From Candidatus Poribacteria bacterium (lineage in GTDB: Bacteria > Poribacteria > WGA-4E > PCPOR2b), in contig OZ240245.1 of assembly GCA_965198175.1 (NCBI GenBank), forward strand, positions 4,768,001-4,832,000: a stretch of DNA of 64,000 bases, given 5' to 3'. The notes beneath the pieces are model-generated. The model worked only from the letters and a program-made list of their open reading frames with translations. It was not told where the DNA came from and did not search any database. Each line of letters begins with the position of its first letter. Positions within the stretch are counted from its first letter, which is position 1. The position numbers and the translations under genes are program-made. Below are positions 19,901-29,440 of this stretch, piece by piece.

Positions 19901-21796
19901 TTCCTGAATCTTTCGAACAGCGAAGGCTCTGATGTCTCAGCGTTATCGAGCTTGATTAACCTGAAGGAACTGGTTTTTGCATGGAACAACTTCGCTGACA
20001 TCTCAATGGTATCGGGCTTGACTCACGTGAAATGGCTTCAGCTCCCAGGCAACGGAATTTCGGACCTCTCTGCTGTCGCGGGCCTAAAAAACCTGGAATT
20101 ACTGAATCTCACGTACAACAACATCACTGATATCTCGCCTTTGGTATCTAATACGGGATTGGGAGCCGGAGACAATGTTAATTTGCGGCATAACCCCTTG
20201 AGCTACGAATCCATCTATACACACATTCCTACCTTACAGGAGAGAGGAGTTGAGGTAAATTTTGACAACCGAACGCCTCATAGAGTTCACATAGTCTCTG
20301 GGAATAACCAGAAAGGGCGCCCCGGTGAGGCACTTGAAAAACCGTTTGTCGTCGAAGTGAAGGACCAGAACGGCCAAACCTTTGAGGGTGTACCGGTCGC
20401 GTTCTCAGTCACCACAGGCGGAGGCACACTCAGTGTTACGAGCACCACGACTGATGCCAACGGCAGGGCGGAGAGCACACTTACACTCGGCAGTACGCCC
20501 GGTGTAAACACGGTTCACGCGAGCGTCGAAGGAAATACCGAGATTTCCGCCTCAATAACCATCGTATCCGCGTCGCCGATGTTTACGCTGTCTATCCCAG
20601 CCGGTACGCATGCGATTAACATCCCGTTGGATGTTAATCAGATTAACGGCGAAGACGGGACAATCGAAACGGTCGGCGATGTCTACGACGCGCTCGGCGA
20701 TGCCGTCAACTTCATCATCACATTCGTCGACGGCACTGCGGTTAGCTACCTCGGCGATGAAAGCGCCGGCAGCAGGGCGGACGCGGATATTTACGACGAT
20801 ACCGGGCTGATTGCCGTAATGAAAAGCACTGCGACACTAGAGCTTGTCGGTGATGCGTTAGGTACCGGCGGCGAGTCCCGGATTGACATCGGTTTAGGCA
20901 ACAACCTCCTCGGCGTGCCGCTTGATTCGTCGGTCGACATGATGATTAGCGACCTGTTGCTCGTTGAGGGTGTCGCGGCAATAGCGGTCTCCAACGCTGC
21001 TGGCGATGGTTTCAATACAATCAGTAAAAACAATCTCGCTGCTGACGGTCCTGTCATAGGCGGCGTCGCATATATTGTTGTCGCAACTGCGGAAACCAGT
21101 ATCCCGGTGATGGGTTCAGCCTGGGAGAACGAAGGCGCAGCGGCAGCACCTGCAGTGGTGTTCAGCGGTACCCAGACGCCGGTACTGTATGTTCAGGGCG
21201 GCGTCATAGACGAATTCGACATGTTGTCACGAATTCCAAATCTCCGTGTCGCTGTGAAGAACCTGTCCTCAGGCGCCTCGCTCGACACAGTTCTCGGAAC
21301 GGAAGCGTCGAAGACAGCGTACGGCGGGACGTTTGTTGAATTGAGCCGCCGCGCAGCGAAGGTTGGCGATGTGCTGGAGATAGTAGCGCATTCGGCGAAC
21401 CCGTACGTCGGCGTGCGGCCGCCACCGCAGATTGTCGTGAGCGTGGAAGAGGTGTTGGCGAGCCGCATCAAGCTGCCCGATCTGGAACTCTACGAGATTC
21501 CGTCGGAGAATGAACTGTTGGCAAACTACCCTAACCCGTTTAACCCTGAAACCTGGATCCCGTTCCGGTTAGCGAAGGCTGCCGAAGTGACGTTGGAGAT
21601 TTACGATACCAACGGACGCACCGTGCGTTCCATTGATGTCGGCTTCAAACCAGCCGCTGTGTACGAGTCGCGCACATCGGCGATTTACTGGGATGGCCGC
21701 AACTCAAGCGGTGAGTCGGTCGCAAGCGGTGTGTATTTCTACTACCTGTCCGCAGGCACCCATTCCGCTACACGGAAAATGCTCATCATGAAGTGA
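16976..21796 (+). CDS. Large secreted multidomain protein: metzincin-like domain, WD40 propeller, internalin-like LRR, Big-1 Ig, C-terminal FlgD-Ig/T9SS-type sorting domain
   Basis: RBS agaggt before ATG 16976, signal peptide; HELGHTFDLPH plus IMSY Met-turn; WD repeats; 22-aa LRRs; LLANYPNPFNPETWIPF..WDGRN..VASGVYFY. Confidence 0.88.
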   Translation: MRRQLYRITLFSILTYLALCALNSTAAAQPSGEQGVHYCGFTGFQLDETPYDQSPNRRYARANSENLNVGEPRTVRMIYFLPNDRPYRADVVQKMKDEMRNIQTFYTEQMEAHGYGNLTFRYETDAQGEPMVHRVDGVHADNFYVNYTFLPVKSEINMAFDLNENIYLTVIDHSADDIEAFFGARALGAADPMGKNGGFALIPDEFSFTTAAHELGHTFDLPHDFRDGAYIMSYGLRASLGPPQSQLSECHGEFLSIHPYFNLSTSTDKGESSSIELISPVIFSVGSQSVPVRLKVSNSAGLHQVFLLAGGHEVKACQALVGEKDAVVEFDYDGVIPSDGLTSLSNPDAKRIQVNAVDVNVNVSRATFWLREFSPHRIATFRHKETVDRVNSVSISPNGLTVASGGGGGVVQLWDVAMERIITTFKHARQSIDFVSFSPNGSTLATGGADTVQLWDVRTGRTITTFKHATFRLPERDQSVSFTPDGMVFAAFVNDETVQVWDVATQQHIANFKHTERVIAVSFSADASILAAGGDDGTVHFWDVATGHNVATFRDRPGWVTSLAFSHDGETLATGGWEKTQLWNVATQQHIVDLMEGNYVWIESVAFTRDGKTLATGASDGAVKLWDISTKAKFAILHHDGRVKSLAFSPDGKTVVSGTTAGTTELWDAYGLLEGKVEIDIPDSNLRAAIADAIYVSANDIISRADMANLFKLDASNVSISNLIGLESATHLESLDLSNNNIFDISAVADLTNLKKLNFWNNDIFDISAVAGLKNLRELNLSNNDIFDISAVADLTYLRNLNFWNNDIFDISAVAGLKNLRELNLSYNDIFDISAVADLTYLRNLNFWNNDIFDISAVAGLKNLRELNLSNNDIFDISAVAGLKNLRELNLGSNDIFDISAVADLTNLRKLDLAVNNITDISALSGLTNLTSLSLFGNDTSDISALSGLTNLTSLSLGGYTISDLSVLSGLTNLAFLNLSNSEGSDVSALSSLINLKELVFAWNNFADISMVSGLTHVKWLQLPGNGISDLSAVAGLKNLELLNLTYNNITDISPLVSNTGLGAGDNVNLRHNPLSYESIYTHIPTLQERGVEVNFDNRTPHRVHIVSGNNQKGRPGEALEKPFVVEVKDQNGQTFEGVPVAFSVTTGGGTLSVTSTTTDANGRAESTLTLGSTPGVNTVHASVEGNTEISASITIVSASPMFTLSIPAGTHAINIPLDVNQINGEDGTIETVGDVYDALGDAVNFIITFVDGTAVSYLGDESAGSRADADIYDDTGLIAVMKSTATLELVGDALGTGGESRIDIGLGNNLLGVPLDSSVDMMISDLLLVEGVAAIAVSNAAGDGFNTISKNNLAADGPVIGGVAYIVVATAETSIPVMGSAWENEGAAAAPAVVFSGTQTPVLYVQGGVIDEFDMLSRIPNLRVAVKNLSSGASLDTVLGTEASKTAYGGTFVELSRRAAKVGDVLEIVAHSANPYVGVRPPPQIVVSVEEVLASRIKLPDLELYEIPSENELLANYPNPFNPETWIPFRLAKAAEVTLEIYDTNGRTVRSIDVGFKPAAVYESRTSAIYWDGRNSSGESVASGVYFYYLSAGTHSATRKMLIMK
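19190..19700 (+). repeat. Near-identical 66/132-nt LRR-coding tandem repeats
   Basis: aacgacattttcgacatctctgcagttgcgggcttaaaaaacctgagagagctgaatctaag at 19259, 19391 and 19523. Confidence 0.88.
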
Positions 21797-22211
21797 TTGA
21801 AAAAACCACGCTCGTTGTTATTGTCACAGTAGAGCACACAAAATTTCTATACCGCGAAAACGTGTTTGCTGGGCGGACACGATACTATCGGTGCTGCTAT
21901 TATGGTTCGCGGTTTGCACAATGATTAAAAGCGCGCCTAACCATGGCGAGAATCACCTCATATTTTTGATTGAAGGCGGGCTAAAATAACACCCAAGTAC
22001 AAACTGCAAACAACTTGGGGAGCGGTCAAGAAATAATCCGCAGGTAGCTTCTCCTTTTCGACGTCTCATTCGGATAGCATGGCATCCGGAAACGCTAGAC
22101 ATGGCGTATCAAGCAGTTTCCAGATATCTAATTTCATTTCTGCTTGAAAACCTTGCGGGAATCTGTTACTATTTGAGCAGCGGAGAGAAAACTCAAAACT
22201 GAATATTTTTC

Positions 22212-22386
22212 GATTCATGCGCCAGCAATCAATTGTGATTGTGGAGAATAGGGAAGCGCGGTGAAAAGCCGCCACGGCCCCGCCACTGTGAACGACGAAT
22301 AATCGTGTCCACGTTGCCACTGTCCCGATGTGTTGAGATGGGAAGGCGGACACGAGGTGTCGCCAGTCAGGAGACCTACCTGAATT
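22212..22386 (+). ncRNA. Cobalamin (B12) riboswitch aptamer
   Basis: AGGGAA-GCGGTGAAA-CCGC, GCCCCGCCACTGT, second GCCACTG..GGGAAGGC, AGTCAGGAGACC B12-box. Confidence 0.92.
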
Positions 22387-22475
22387 GTGTTTCTCACAGA
22401 GTTTTCGCGGGAAGGCTGTGAACCAGAAATTGCGTTCCTTAAGCCGAAGCGGCGGGTCTAGGAATAGCGAACTGT

Positions 22476-22509
22476 ACCCCAGTTTTCTATATGAAGACTG
22501 GGGTTTTTT
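22476..22509 (+). terminator. Riboswitch leader (attenuator) terminator
   Basis: accccagttttc-tatat-gaagactggggt followed by a T tract, about 25 nt before the ATG. Confidence 0.8.
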
Positions 22510-22534
22510 GTGTTTAAAGATGGCGATTCTAAAG

Positions 22535-24523
22535 ATGAAACACGAAAACAAGTTTATTTTACATTGCCTAGCACTGTTGATTCTATTATCTACTTCCTTT
22601 TTCGGCTGTTCAGACCAAACCGAGCAACCTCTACCTTCATGGAAGGTCGCATTTATTCCGATGGGCGCAAAAATTTACTTTGATGCCAACCGTCAAGAGC
22701 CGGTCAAATACATTCGAGCAGTTGGTTCAGGGGGAGATCTTGTTGCTCAACTCGAGATCGGTGGGTATCCGCGCAATACGGAGTCACTCTATTTCCGTTG
22801 GGATGCAGGGGAAAGATATCGATTTGAGATTACGTACGACAAGGGCGAATCGACAGCCATAACCGCCCAAGCACCTGCAATTAATCCGCGCGGTTCGATT
22901 GAGATTGCGATTCCTTACGGCACCGTCAATTCAAACTCGCCATCCCCCCAAAATGCCGTTACAGACCCAAAGCACCGGAGCGCCAAATCGTTGGTTTTAG
23001 GTAGCAGCGAAATGACTGCAACGGTTTTAGTGCGAAACGGGTTGGAAGCGCCCGTTACGTTTTACGTTGTACTTTACATCCCTTCAGTAATTCAGGTGCT
23101 GCAAACCTCATCAATTTGGCATAGCGAACCTCGTCCCGGCACCTTCTCCAACCTCCCAATCCACAAGTTGGAACGCGACGAGACAGCTATATTTGTTGCG
23201 ACAGGGAAATTTTCAGTTGAAGCAGAGGTTTGGCACAGCCAATTCGAGTTAAAGATTCCGAATGAAAAATTGCCCGATTCAGCGCAGATTGGCGGGAAGG
23301 TTTTCTTTCAGGATGAATTTGGAACGCAATGGGACCGGTCTGCGACTCTGTCGCTACGCTCAGCAACAGTTGACGAAATATCTGCACAACTTTCAATTGA
23401 AGCAATTTCAATGCCCACTGACGCAACAGGGGTTGTCGATTCCCGTCGTCGTCCAGATACAATCTACTACCCACGTCCACTGTTGGGAAGAGCAGGCAGA
23501 TGGTTCGGGGCAAAGAGCCATCCTGTGGACTATTTCCAGCCGATTGTGTACCAAGCTGTATCCCTGCGCAACCACAGTCAGGACGTCATTCACGTTATCG
23601 TTGGGGCAACGAATCTCGACTCAAAACGGGGAGAACCAGTTGCCTTCCTAGCACCGCCCGAGGCTATCAACGCCGGTACGAATCGCAGTGTTGCGTTTGC
23701 CAGCTTGGCAGGAGGCAGTACAACCGCTGTTCCACTCCCAATCTACTTCAACCCCGAAACTGCCCAAGCGAAAGGCGCTGATTTTATTGGTACAGGTCGC
23801 TACGACCGCGTCATCGAAATCAAAATCTGGGGAAGCGACACAACTATTCTGCGTGCTAAACGGCCGTTGCGCATCGTAACCCCAAATCTGCACGCTCTGT
23901 CTGTTACCGGCTTTGCGATTGGCGCAACAGGACTGGGACTGTTTTTCCTACTACGCTTTCACCGGCGGTTTTTCAACGGCTTCTCAACCAGACAGCTCAT
24001 CCTGATTACCCTGTTTGGGACAACGATTTTCATCGTTGTTAGTGTGCCAGTGACGCTACTCTCCAATTTGACCGCTGCTTTGTTTGGACCAATTTCATTC
24101 CTCATCAACGGGCTAATTAACGAAATACTGTATTACACCTTGCTCACATCGTTGCTGATGCTCATCCCCAAATCTGGAGTGATTACCTTAGTCTCGGCGG
24201 TTCGATTGCTGTTGGACGGTGTCACGCTTGGATTATTCACCCCGATTACACTACTCTACACGGGCATGATTGTGCTATTGCTCGAATTCGGCTTTCTGAT
24301 TTCACAGAGGGGCAGGAATTTCCTTATCTTGGCGCTTGTATTCGGCATTTGTGATGCCCTCGGTGTGTACACTGATTTCCAACTGAGCATCACGCTTCAT
24401 CGCCTCTTCTACGCAAATTGGTACATCCTGACAATGGTTGTCGTTAGTGGCTTTGCTTATACATTTATCGGCGTGATTTTGGGAAGACAGTTGAGCTGGG
24501 GGTTACAGCGGGCTGCGGTTTAA
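22535..24523 (+). CDS. Lipoprotein with large extracytoplasmic region fused to a C-terminal ECF S-component-like membrane domain
   Basis: Lipobox-like STSFFGC; ~200-aa C-terminal polytopic domain (FSTRQLILITLFG..IPKSGVITL) resembling ECF S components; lies under the B12 riboswitch. Confidence 0.6.
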   Translation: MKHENKFILHCLALLILLSTSFFGCSDQTEQPLPSWKVAFIPMGAKIYFDANRQEPVKYIRAVGSGGDLVAQLEIGGYPRNTESLYFRWDAGERYRFEITYDKGESTAITAQAPAINPRGSIEIAIPYGTVNSNSPSPQNAVTDPKHRSAKSLVLGSSEMTATVLVRNGLEAPVTFYVVLYIPSVIQVLQTSSIWHSEPRPGTFSNLPIHKLERDETAIFVATGKFSVEAEVWHSQFELKIPNEKLPDSAQIGGKVFFQDEFGTQWDRSATLSLRSATVDEISAQLSIEAISMPTDATGVVDSRRRPDTIYYPRPLLGRAGRWFGAKSHPVDYFQPIVYQAVSLRNHSQDVIHVIVGATNLDSKRGEPVAFLAPPEAINAGTNRSVAFASLAGGSTTAVPLPIYFNPETAQAKGADFIGTGRYDRVIEIKIWGSDTTILRAKRPLRIVTPNLHALSVTGFAIGATGLGLFFLLRFHRRFFNGFSTRQLILITLFGTTIFIVVSVPVTLLSNLTAALFGPISFLINGLINEILYYTLLTSLLMLIPKSGVITLVSAVRLLLDGVTLGLFTPITLLYTGMIVLLLEFGFLISQRGRNFLILALVFGICDALGVYTDFQLSITLHRLFYANWYILTMVVVSGFAYTFIGVILGRQLSWGLQRAAV

Positions 24524-24619
24524 CAAGTGACGATTGACAATCGAATTAGATATTTGAATGTAGCTAACCCTCTAACACTTACAACCATATCACACATCAA
24601 ATTTCCGCGGAGGTGTTTA

Positions 24620-26359
24620 ATGAACACTCAACAGCGACGGCGACGTATATGTTTTGCCTCGTTGATTTTTCTTCTCATGTCAATAGGTGCAGTACAGAGT
24701 GCGAAAACGCTTGAAGGCAACGTTGTTTTTACACGGTTTGGCATCGCTGTTGAATTGGAAGACAGCGTTTCAATAAAGGAGTTGTCCGTTCTTGAGGTGA
24801 AAGCAGAGTCAGTGGTGGAACACATTGATAACGGACATTCTCTTATGCAAAGGGTGAGGGCAATTGACGACAAACGCTTTCTGATTCGATTTACGTGGGA
24901 ACCACATGAGACTTACCGCATTAAAGCACTATGGGGGGATGACAATCGATTTGAAGTAAGCGTGACCGCCCCTCTCAAGCCGAGCGCATATCGCATTCGC
25001 ACGATAGAATTGGGAGATCTGCTGTCACTGTTTGAGAATTTGCAGAAGCCGGCAACATCAACAACCGTTGCTTTTGCTCCAGATGGCGAAAAACTGGCAA
25101 TTGCTACGGATGCGGGCCACTTGGCAATCATCAATCCGGTCACTGGAGACAAGATTTGGAAAATACGAATTTCAGAAAGCTATGTTAAGCATGCAACGTT
25201 TAGCCCTGATGGCAGGCGACTCTACATCGGTGAGCAATCTGCCGATGGCTTCATCTACGGTTATGAACTGTCCGGCACCAAGCCCGCCCTGCTGTGGAAA
25301 TATCGCATGGCGGATGACATTAATTCTTCGACCTCATTCCATCCGAACGATGTGTATGCATGGGTACAGTATCCGGGGCCTTATCGCATCGTGGTCACAC
25401 GGGATGGGGATTTGCTCGTCGCCGGCGTTCACTCGTGGACCCAAGATGGAGTGGTTTTGAAAAAATCTCAACTGTACCGATTCGTTGGAGAAACGGGTCA
25501 ACTTAAATGGAAATGGCCTAGTGATCAGCCGCTGCCGATGATTATCAGATGGTTTGACTATTCCCGCGATGGACAGAGCATCGCACTTGTCTACGATACG
25601 AGCGGAAGCAGTCCGTCCGCACGATTTAGACCTGGAACATTATGCGTAATTGATGGGGAAATGGGTGCAAAACGGTGGGAATACTCCTTTGAACCACTCA
25701 AGCCTTACTTCAAAGCAGTGAAGTTTTGGCGAGGCGTCGGTGTTTCGCCGGACGGAAGATTTATCAACGTTACCACGGAAGACGGTAGAGCGTTCATCTT
25801 CGATGCCATGAATCCAGAGCATGGGAAAGTCCAACCACTATGGCGAGCCGAGCTCACGACGCCACTTGAAGTCAGCGACATCCCAATCACGGCGACCGCA
25901 GGTACAATTGCAGCAACCAATGCGTTCGCACTCTTCGTGACAGGTGACACTTTCATCCCGTATCACTTACAGAAAGGAGCACAGCAACCGCCCGCTGCCC
26001 ACCCAAATGGGCTAACGTTGTCCGCTTACAAATGGACGGGTGAGAAAGTCTGGCAGTGGACATTGGAAAACATGCCGCAGGGCTTACGTGTTGACGCTAG
26101 GGACCGCTACGCTGCCGTCAGCATCTCCAAAGATAGTCGAAACGACGAAGAACAACTCCATGGGGTCTCTGTCTTTGACCTTGGTGCCACGGGCGGAGGA
26201 CTAGCCAAATACCTCTATACCTACCGTGTGGAAGGACAACTTCCCTACGACACCATCGACATCAGCACGGACGGGCAGTTCATTGCCTTTATTGAAACAC
26301 CGATTGTGATGTCGGACGAAACGACGCGCGGGAAAAACCGCGTGCATATTATCCAATAA
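24620..26359 (+). CDS. Secreted WD40/PQQ-like beta-propeller protein
   Basis: RBS ggaggt; signal peptide; repeated FAPDG/FSPDG/VSPDG and ..G...W blades. Confidence 0.75.
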   Translation: MNTQQRRRRICFASLIFLLMSIGAVQSAKTLEGNVVFTRFGIAVELEDSVSIKELSVLEVKAESVVEHIDNGHSLMQRVRAIDDKRFLIRFTWEPHETYRIKALWGDDNRFEVSVTAPLKPSAYRIRTIELGDLLSLFENLQKPATSTTVAFAPDGEKLAIATDAGHLAIINPVTGDKIWKIRISESYVKHATFSPDGRRLYIGEQSADGFIYGYELSGTKPALLWKYRMADDINSSTSFHPNDVYAWVQYPGPYRIVVTRDGDLLVAGVHSWTQDGVVLKKSQLYRFVGETGQLKWKWPSDQPLPMIIRWFDYSRDGQSIALVYDTSGSSPSARFRPGTLCVIDGEMGAKRWEYSFEPLKPYFKAVKFWRGVGVSPDGRFINVTTEDGRAFIFDAMNPEHGKVQPLWRAELTTPLEVSDIPITATAGTIAATNAFALFVTGDTFIPYHLQKGAQQPPAAHPNGLTLSAYKWTGEKVWQWTLENMPQGLRVDARDRYAAVSISKDSRNDEEQLHGVSVFDLGATGGGLAKYLYTYRVEGQLPYDTIDISTDGQFIAFIETPIVMSDETTRGKNRVHIIQ

Positions 26360-26421
26360 TGTGGTACTAGATACAAAATCGGAACGTGTCATCGTGACCG
26401 CTCGCGGTATAGTCTTGAAAA

Positions 26422-27483
26422 CTACACTTCGCCATCCCAGTAGTCCACACTCTCATCCTTACGGAAAATTCGTCGTGTTACATAGGGGAAAACTTTGTTG
26501 GAGTCTGGATATTCACTGACATCATGAGCGATCGACATGCCTACCGCAAGTAACGTACACGGCGCGTTTCCCGTATTTATGAATTTGTGGGCTCCCGCCG
26601 CACCGGGCGGGAAGGCGATGAAATCCCCCACCGTTACGGACAGGTCGCCTCGCGGGGTTTTGAGGATGCAAGAACCTTCAATCACATAAAACATTTCCTC
26701 CCCAAAATTATGCAGGTGCATTGGGAAACTCGCCTTGTTCGGTTGCAAAAGGATTAACCGATACCCTAGATGCTTCCCCCCAATGAGCGGGTCAATATCC
26801 TTTTCCTCGAAATCGTAGGGCGTTGGGGCATTCCGCTTCACCCATTCAATCTCATTGATACTAATTCGGTTGATGTAAATATCCGTTCGGCATTGGAGAC
26901 ACTCTACCAAGCGTTGACGTGCATCTTGAAGGACTGAGTGTCCATCGCCAACAAGAATCGCATCGAACGATAAAGCAAGGATTTTCCGAAGTGTCAGCGC
27001 TGCCTTTGTAGAATTCTCCAACTTCTCGTCTGTCAACAGTGATAGGTGTCCAATTGGTTCCCCAACGATGATATCTCCAGATAGGATGGCTCGTTTTTCA
27101 GGAAAGTAAAGCGCGATTTCGCCGGGACTTTTCCCGAACGGTAAATGGATTGCTCGCAAACCATGAACAATTTCCTCGCCATCAACGATTAATCTGTCCG
27201 CTTTGACGGACAAAGCATCGGCATCAGCTTGATGCACGACAATTTTCGCACCTGTGCGTTTTCTGAAAACCTCTGCCTCCCGCTCGTGATCTCGATTCGT
27301 AATGATGACCCATGCCGCGCCGCCGAGTCGATTCAATTGCTCAAGGTCTGGGTCAATCATCGGCACCGGATCAATGAGTATATTTCCTTCGGGACGCACC
27401 CACAGGTGTCCATTAAAGTCGACCTGACGCATCTCGCTGAAAATTGACCAACAGTATAAGTCATCGAAAATCATTCGCTTCAT
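26422..27483 (-). CDS. Metallo-beta-lactamase-fold + cupin fusion protein
   Basis: ILIDP, TNRDHER, GKSPGE, SGD, VGDG (degenerate MBL); HLHNFGEEMFYVIEG..GDFIAFPPG..AH cupin. Confidence 0.8.
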   Translation of the reverse strand: MKRMIFDDLYCWSIFSEMRQVDFNGHLWVRPEGNILIDPVPMIDPDLEQLNRLGGAAWVIITNRDHEREAEVFRKRTGAKIVVHQADADALSVKADRLIVDGEEIVHGLRAIHLPFGKSPGEIALYFPEKRAILSGDIIVGEPIGHLSLLTDEKLENSTKAALTLRKILALSFDAILVGDGHSVLQDARQRLVECLQCRTDIYINRISINEIEWVKRNAPTPYDFEEKDIDPLIGGKHLGYRLILLQPNKASFPMHLHNFGEEMFYVIEGSCILKTPRGDLSVTVGDFIAFPPGAAGAHKFINTGNAPCTLLAVGMSIAHDVSEYPDSNKVFPYVTRRIFRKDESVDYWDGEV

Positions 27484-27816
27484 TTAGATACTCCTTTACG
27501 CTACCTCAATGTCCTTCGGGACTAGAAGGTCAAGCTGGAATTAAAACCCGAGGTAGGTGATATAATCTGAGTCCGGTTATTTTTTCGTATCATTAGGCGC
27601 AGGTGGTCCAAGAGACAACAGGATTGTTCCCTTTCCATCATCGAACATTTTCTTTTCGCTTGCCATTTGCTGCTGCATTGTTTACCACCCAATAAGATCA
27701 GAGTGTTATCCCAAAAAAAAATCTGGGCTCAACTTGCGTATTCCGCTCTACGTGTGGTAGAATATGCCCGTGGATTGACAATTTTCGTTAATATTTTTCA
27801 AGAGGTTAATCTTCAT

Positions 27817-28827
27817 ATGAGCACAAGTTACCGTGTTGCTATTGTCGGCGCGACAGGCGCCGTCGGGAATACCATAATAAGCATTCTCGAAGAGCGGGCA
27901 TTTCCCGTTGCCTCTCTTAAGCCGCTTTCTTCTCATCGTTCAGCAGGTGAAATTCTAACATTCAAAGATGAGTCGATTTTGGTCGAAGAGTTGACGCATG
28001 ATTCATTTGATGGCATAGATCTGGTGTTCGCCTCTGCAGGAGCATCTGTCAGCCGTGAATTTATGCCCACTGCGGTAGAAAAAGGGTGCCTCGTTATCGA
28101 CAACACGAGCGCGTTTCGAATGGACCCTGATACCCCGCTTATCGTCCCTGAGGTGAACATGCACGCGGCTATCAAACATAAGGGCCTTATCGCCAACCCA
28201 AACTGCTCAACCATCCAGTTGGTTGTCGCGCTCAAGCCAATCTATGACGCTGCTGGGATTAAGCGCATCGTTATCTCCACATATCAGAGCGTTTCGGGTA
28301 AAAGCGGCGCCGCCATCGTTGAACTCATTGACCAAACAGTAGCGGCGCTGGAAGGGCGTCCGATTAAACAGGAACAATTCCCACACCAGATGGCGTTTAA
28401 TGTCGGGTTCGATTGGCCCTTTTCCGATAGCGGTGACAGTGAAGAAGAGATAAAGATGGTCAATGAAACCCGAAAAATTCTTGTGGACGATTCAATCGGG
28501 ATATCGGCGACAACAGTTCGGGTGCCTGTATTTTTCGCCCATGCCGAGTCTATTAACGTCGAAACCCTTCGTAAACTCACGGCGGACGAGGCTAGAGAAA
28601 TTCTTTCTGGATCCCCTGGCGTAGCCCTTGTTGATGAACCACAAAATCGAAAATATCCGCTTCCCGTCAATACTGCTGGCGAAGATGCAGTTTACGTTGG
28701 ACGAATCCGTGAGGATACCTCAGTCGAAAACGGACTCAATCTGTGGGTTGTCGCCGATAATCTCCGCAAAGGAGCGGCATTAAATGCCATTCAAATCGCA
28801 GAGATTCTGGACCGCAGCTATGTCTAG
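27817..28827 (+). CDS. asd: Aspartate-semialdehyde dehydrogenase
   Basis: GATGAVG, NPNCSTIQ, YQSVSG, DNLRKGAALN. Confidence 0.96.
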   Translation: MSTSYRVAIVGATGAVGNTIISILEERAFPVASLKPLSSHRSAGEILTFKDESILVEELTHDSFDGIDLVFASAGASVSREFMPTAVEKGCLVIDNTSAFRMDPDTPLIVPEVNMHAAIKHKGLIANPNCSTIQLVVALKPIYDAAGIKRIVISTYQSVSGKSGAAIVELIDQTVAALEGRPIKQEQFPHQMAFNVGFDWPFSDSGDSEEEIKMVNETRKILVDDSIGISATTVRVPVFFAHAESINVETLRKLTADEAREILSGSPGVALVDEPQNRKYPLPVNTAGEDAVYVGRIREDTSVENGLNLWVVADNLRKGAALNAIQIAEILDRSYV

Positions 28828-29440
28828 ATATAAGGCATTGTATGCATTAGCGCCGGGATTTTAATCTCGTCGGATTTCTTCAAGAATTCCCTGTCTTTCG
28901 GGGCTTGAAAATCTACGGTATTGAGCCTTTTCAGGATTTCGTAATCGAGGCAGCTTGAGCGAGAATCGACGAAGGGATAAAAATCAAGGTAGAGCACAAC
29001 GAGGTCATTTTGCGGCTGGGGATTCTTTCTGAAACGGTTCTTTTTGCGCAAGTTCGCTCTCGAAAGTTTTTCGTATCCTCTTCACATCCCCCATCCCTGT
29101 ACTTCTAGCGCGAAGATAAGTCGTAATAACATATTCCTTTTTTGCTGAGATGTCAATTGAAAAGCACGGAATCTATCGAAATATGCGAATAGAAAAGAAG
29201 CATAGGAAGATTTGTCCCGCGTTTCGCGACCGTCACGATTGTCGTCTTGGCACAAGCATAGAATAAGACGTTCATCAAGAGTTGTGACTACTGGAAGTAA
29301 ATGAATTTTATCTAATGAATTTCGCTGGCGTGTCTCCAGATAGTTAAAATTTGCTTCTGGTGTGAGGATTTGAACACATGTCTCTGATAGGAAGCATAAA
29401 ATCTTATTTCACGAATTCATTCGAACGAGGAGGAAGCTAG

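Noticed and set aside
22385..22534. Extended N-terminus of the 712-aa ORF
   Set aside because: Overlaps the riboswitch expression platform and terminator; the signal peptide starts at ATG 22535
22066..22551. 161-aa minus-strand ORF
   Set aside because: Antisense to the cobalamin riboswitch; no recognisable motifs
27667..27816. 50-aa N-terminal extension of Asd
   Set aside because: RBS-like gaggt and family alignment favour ATG 27817
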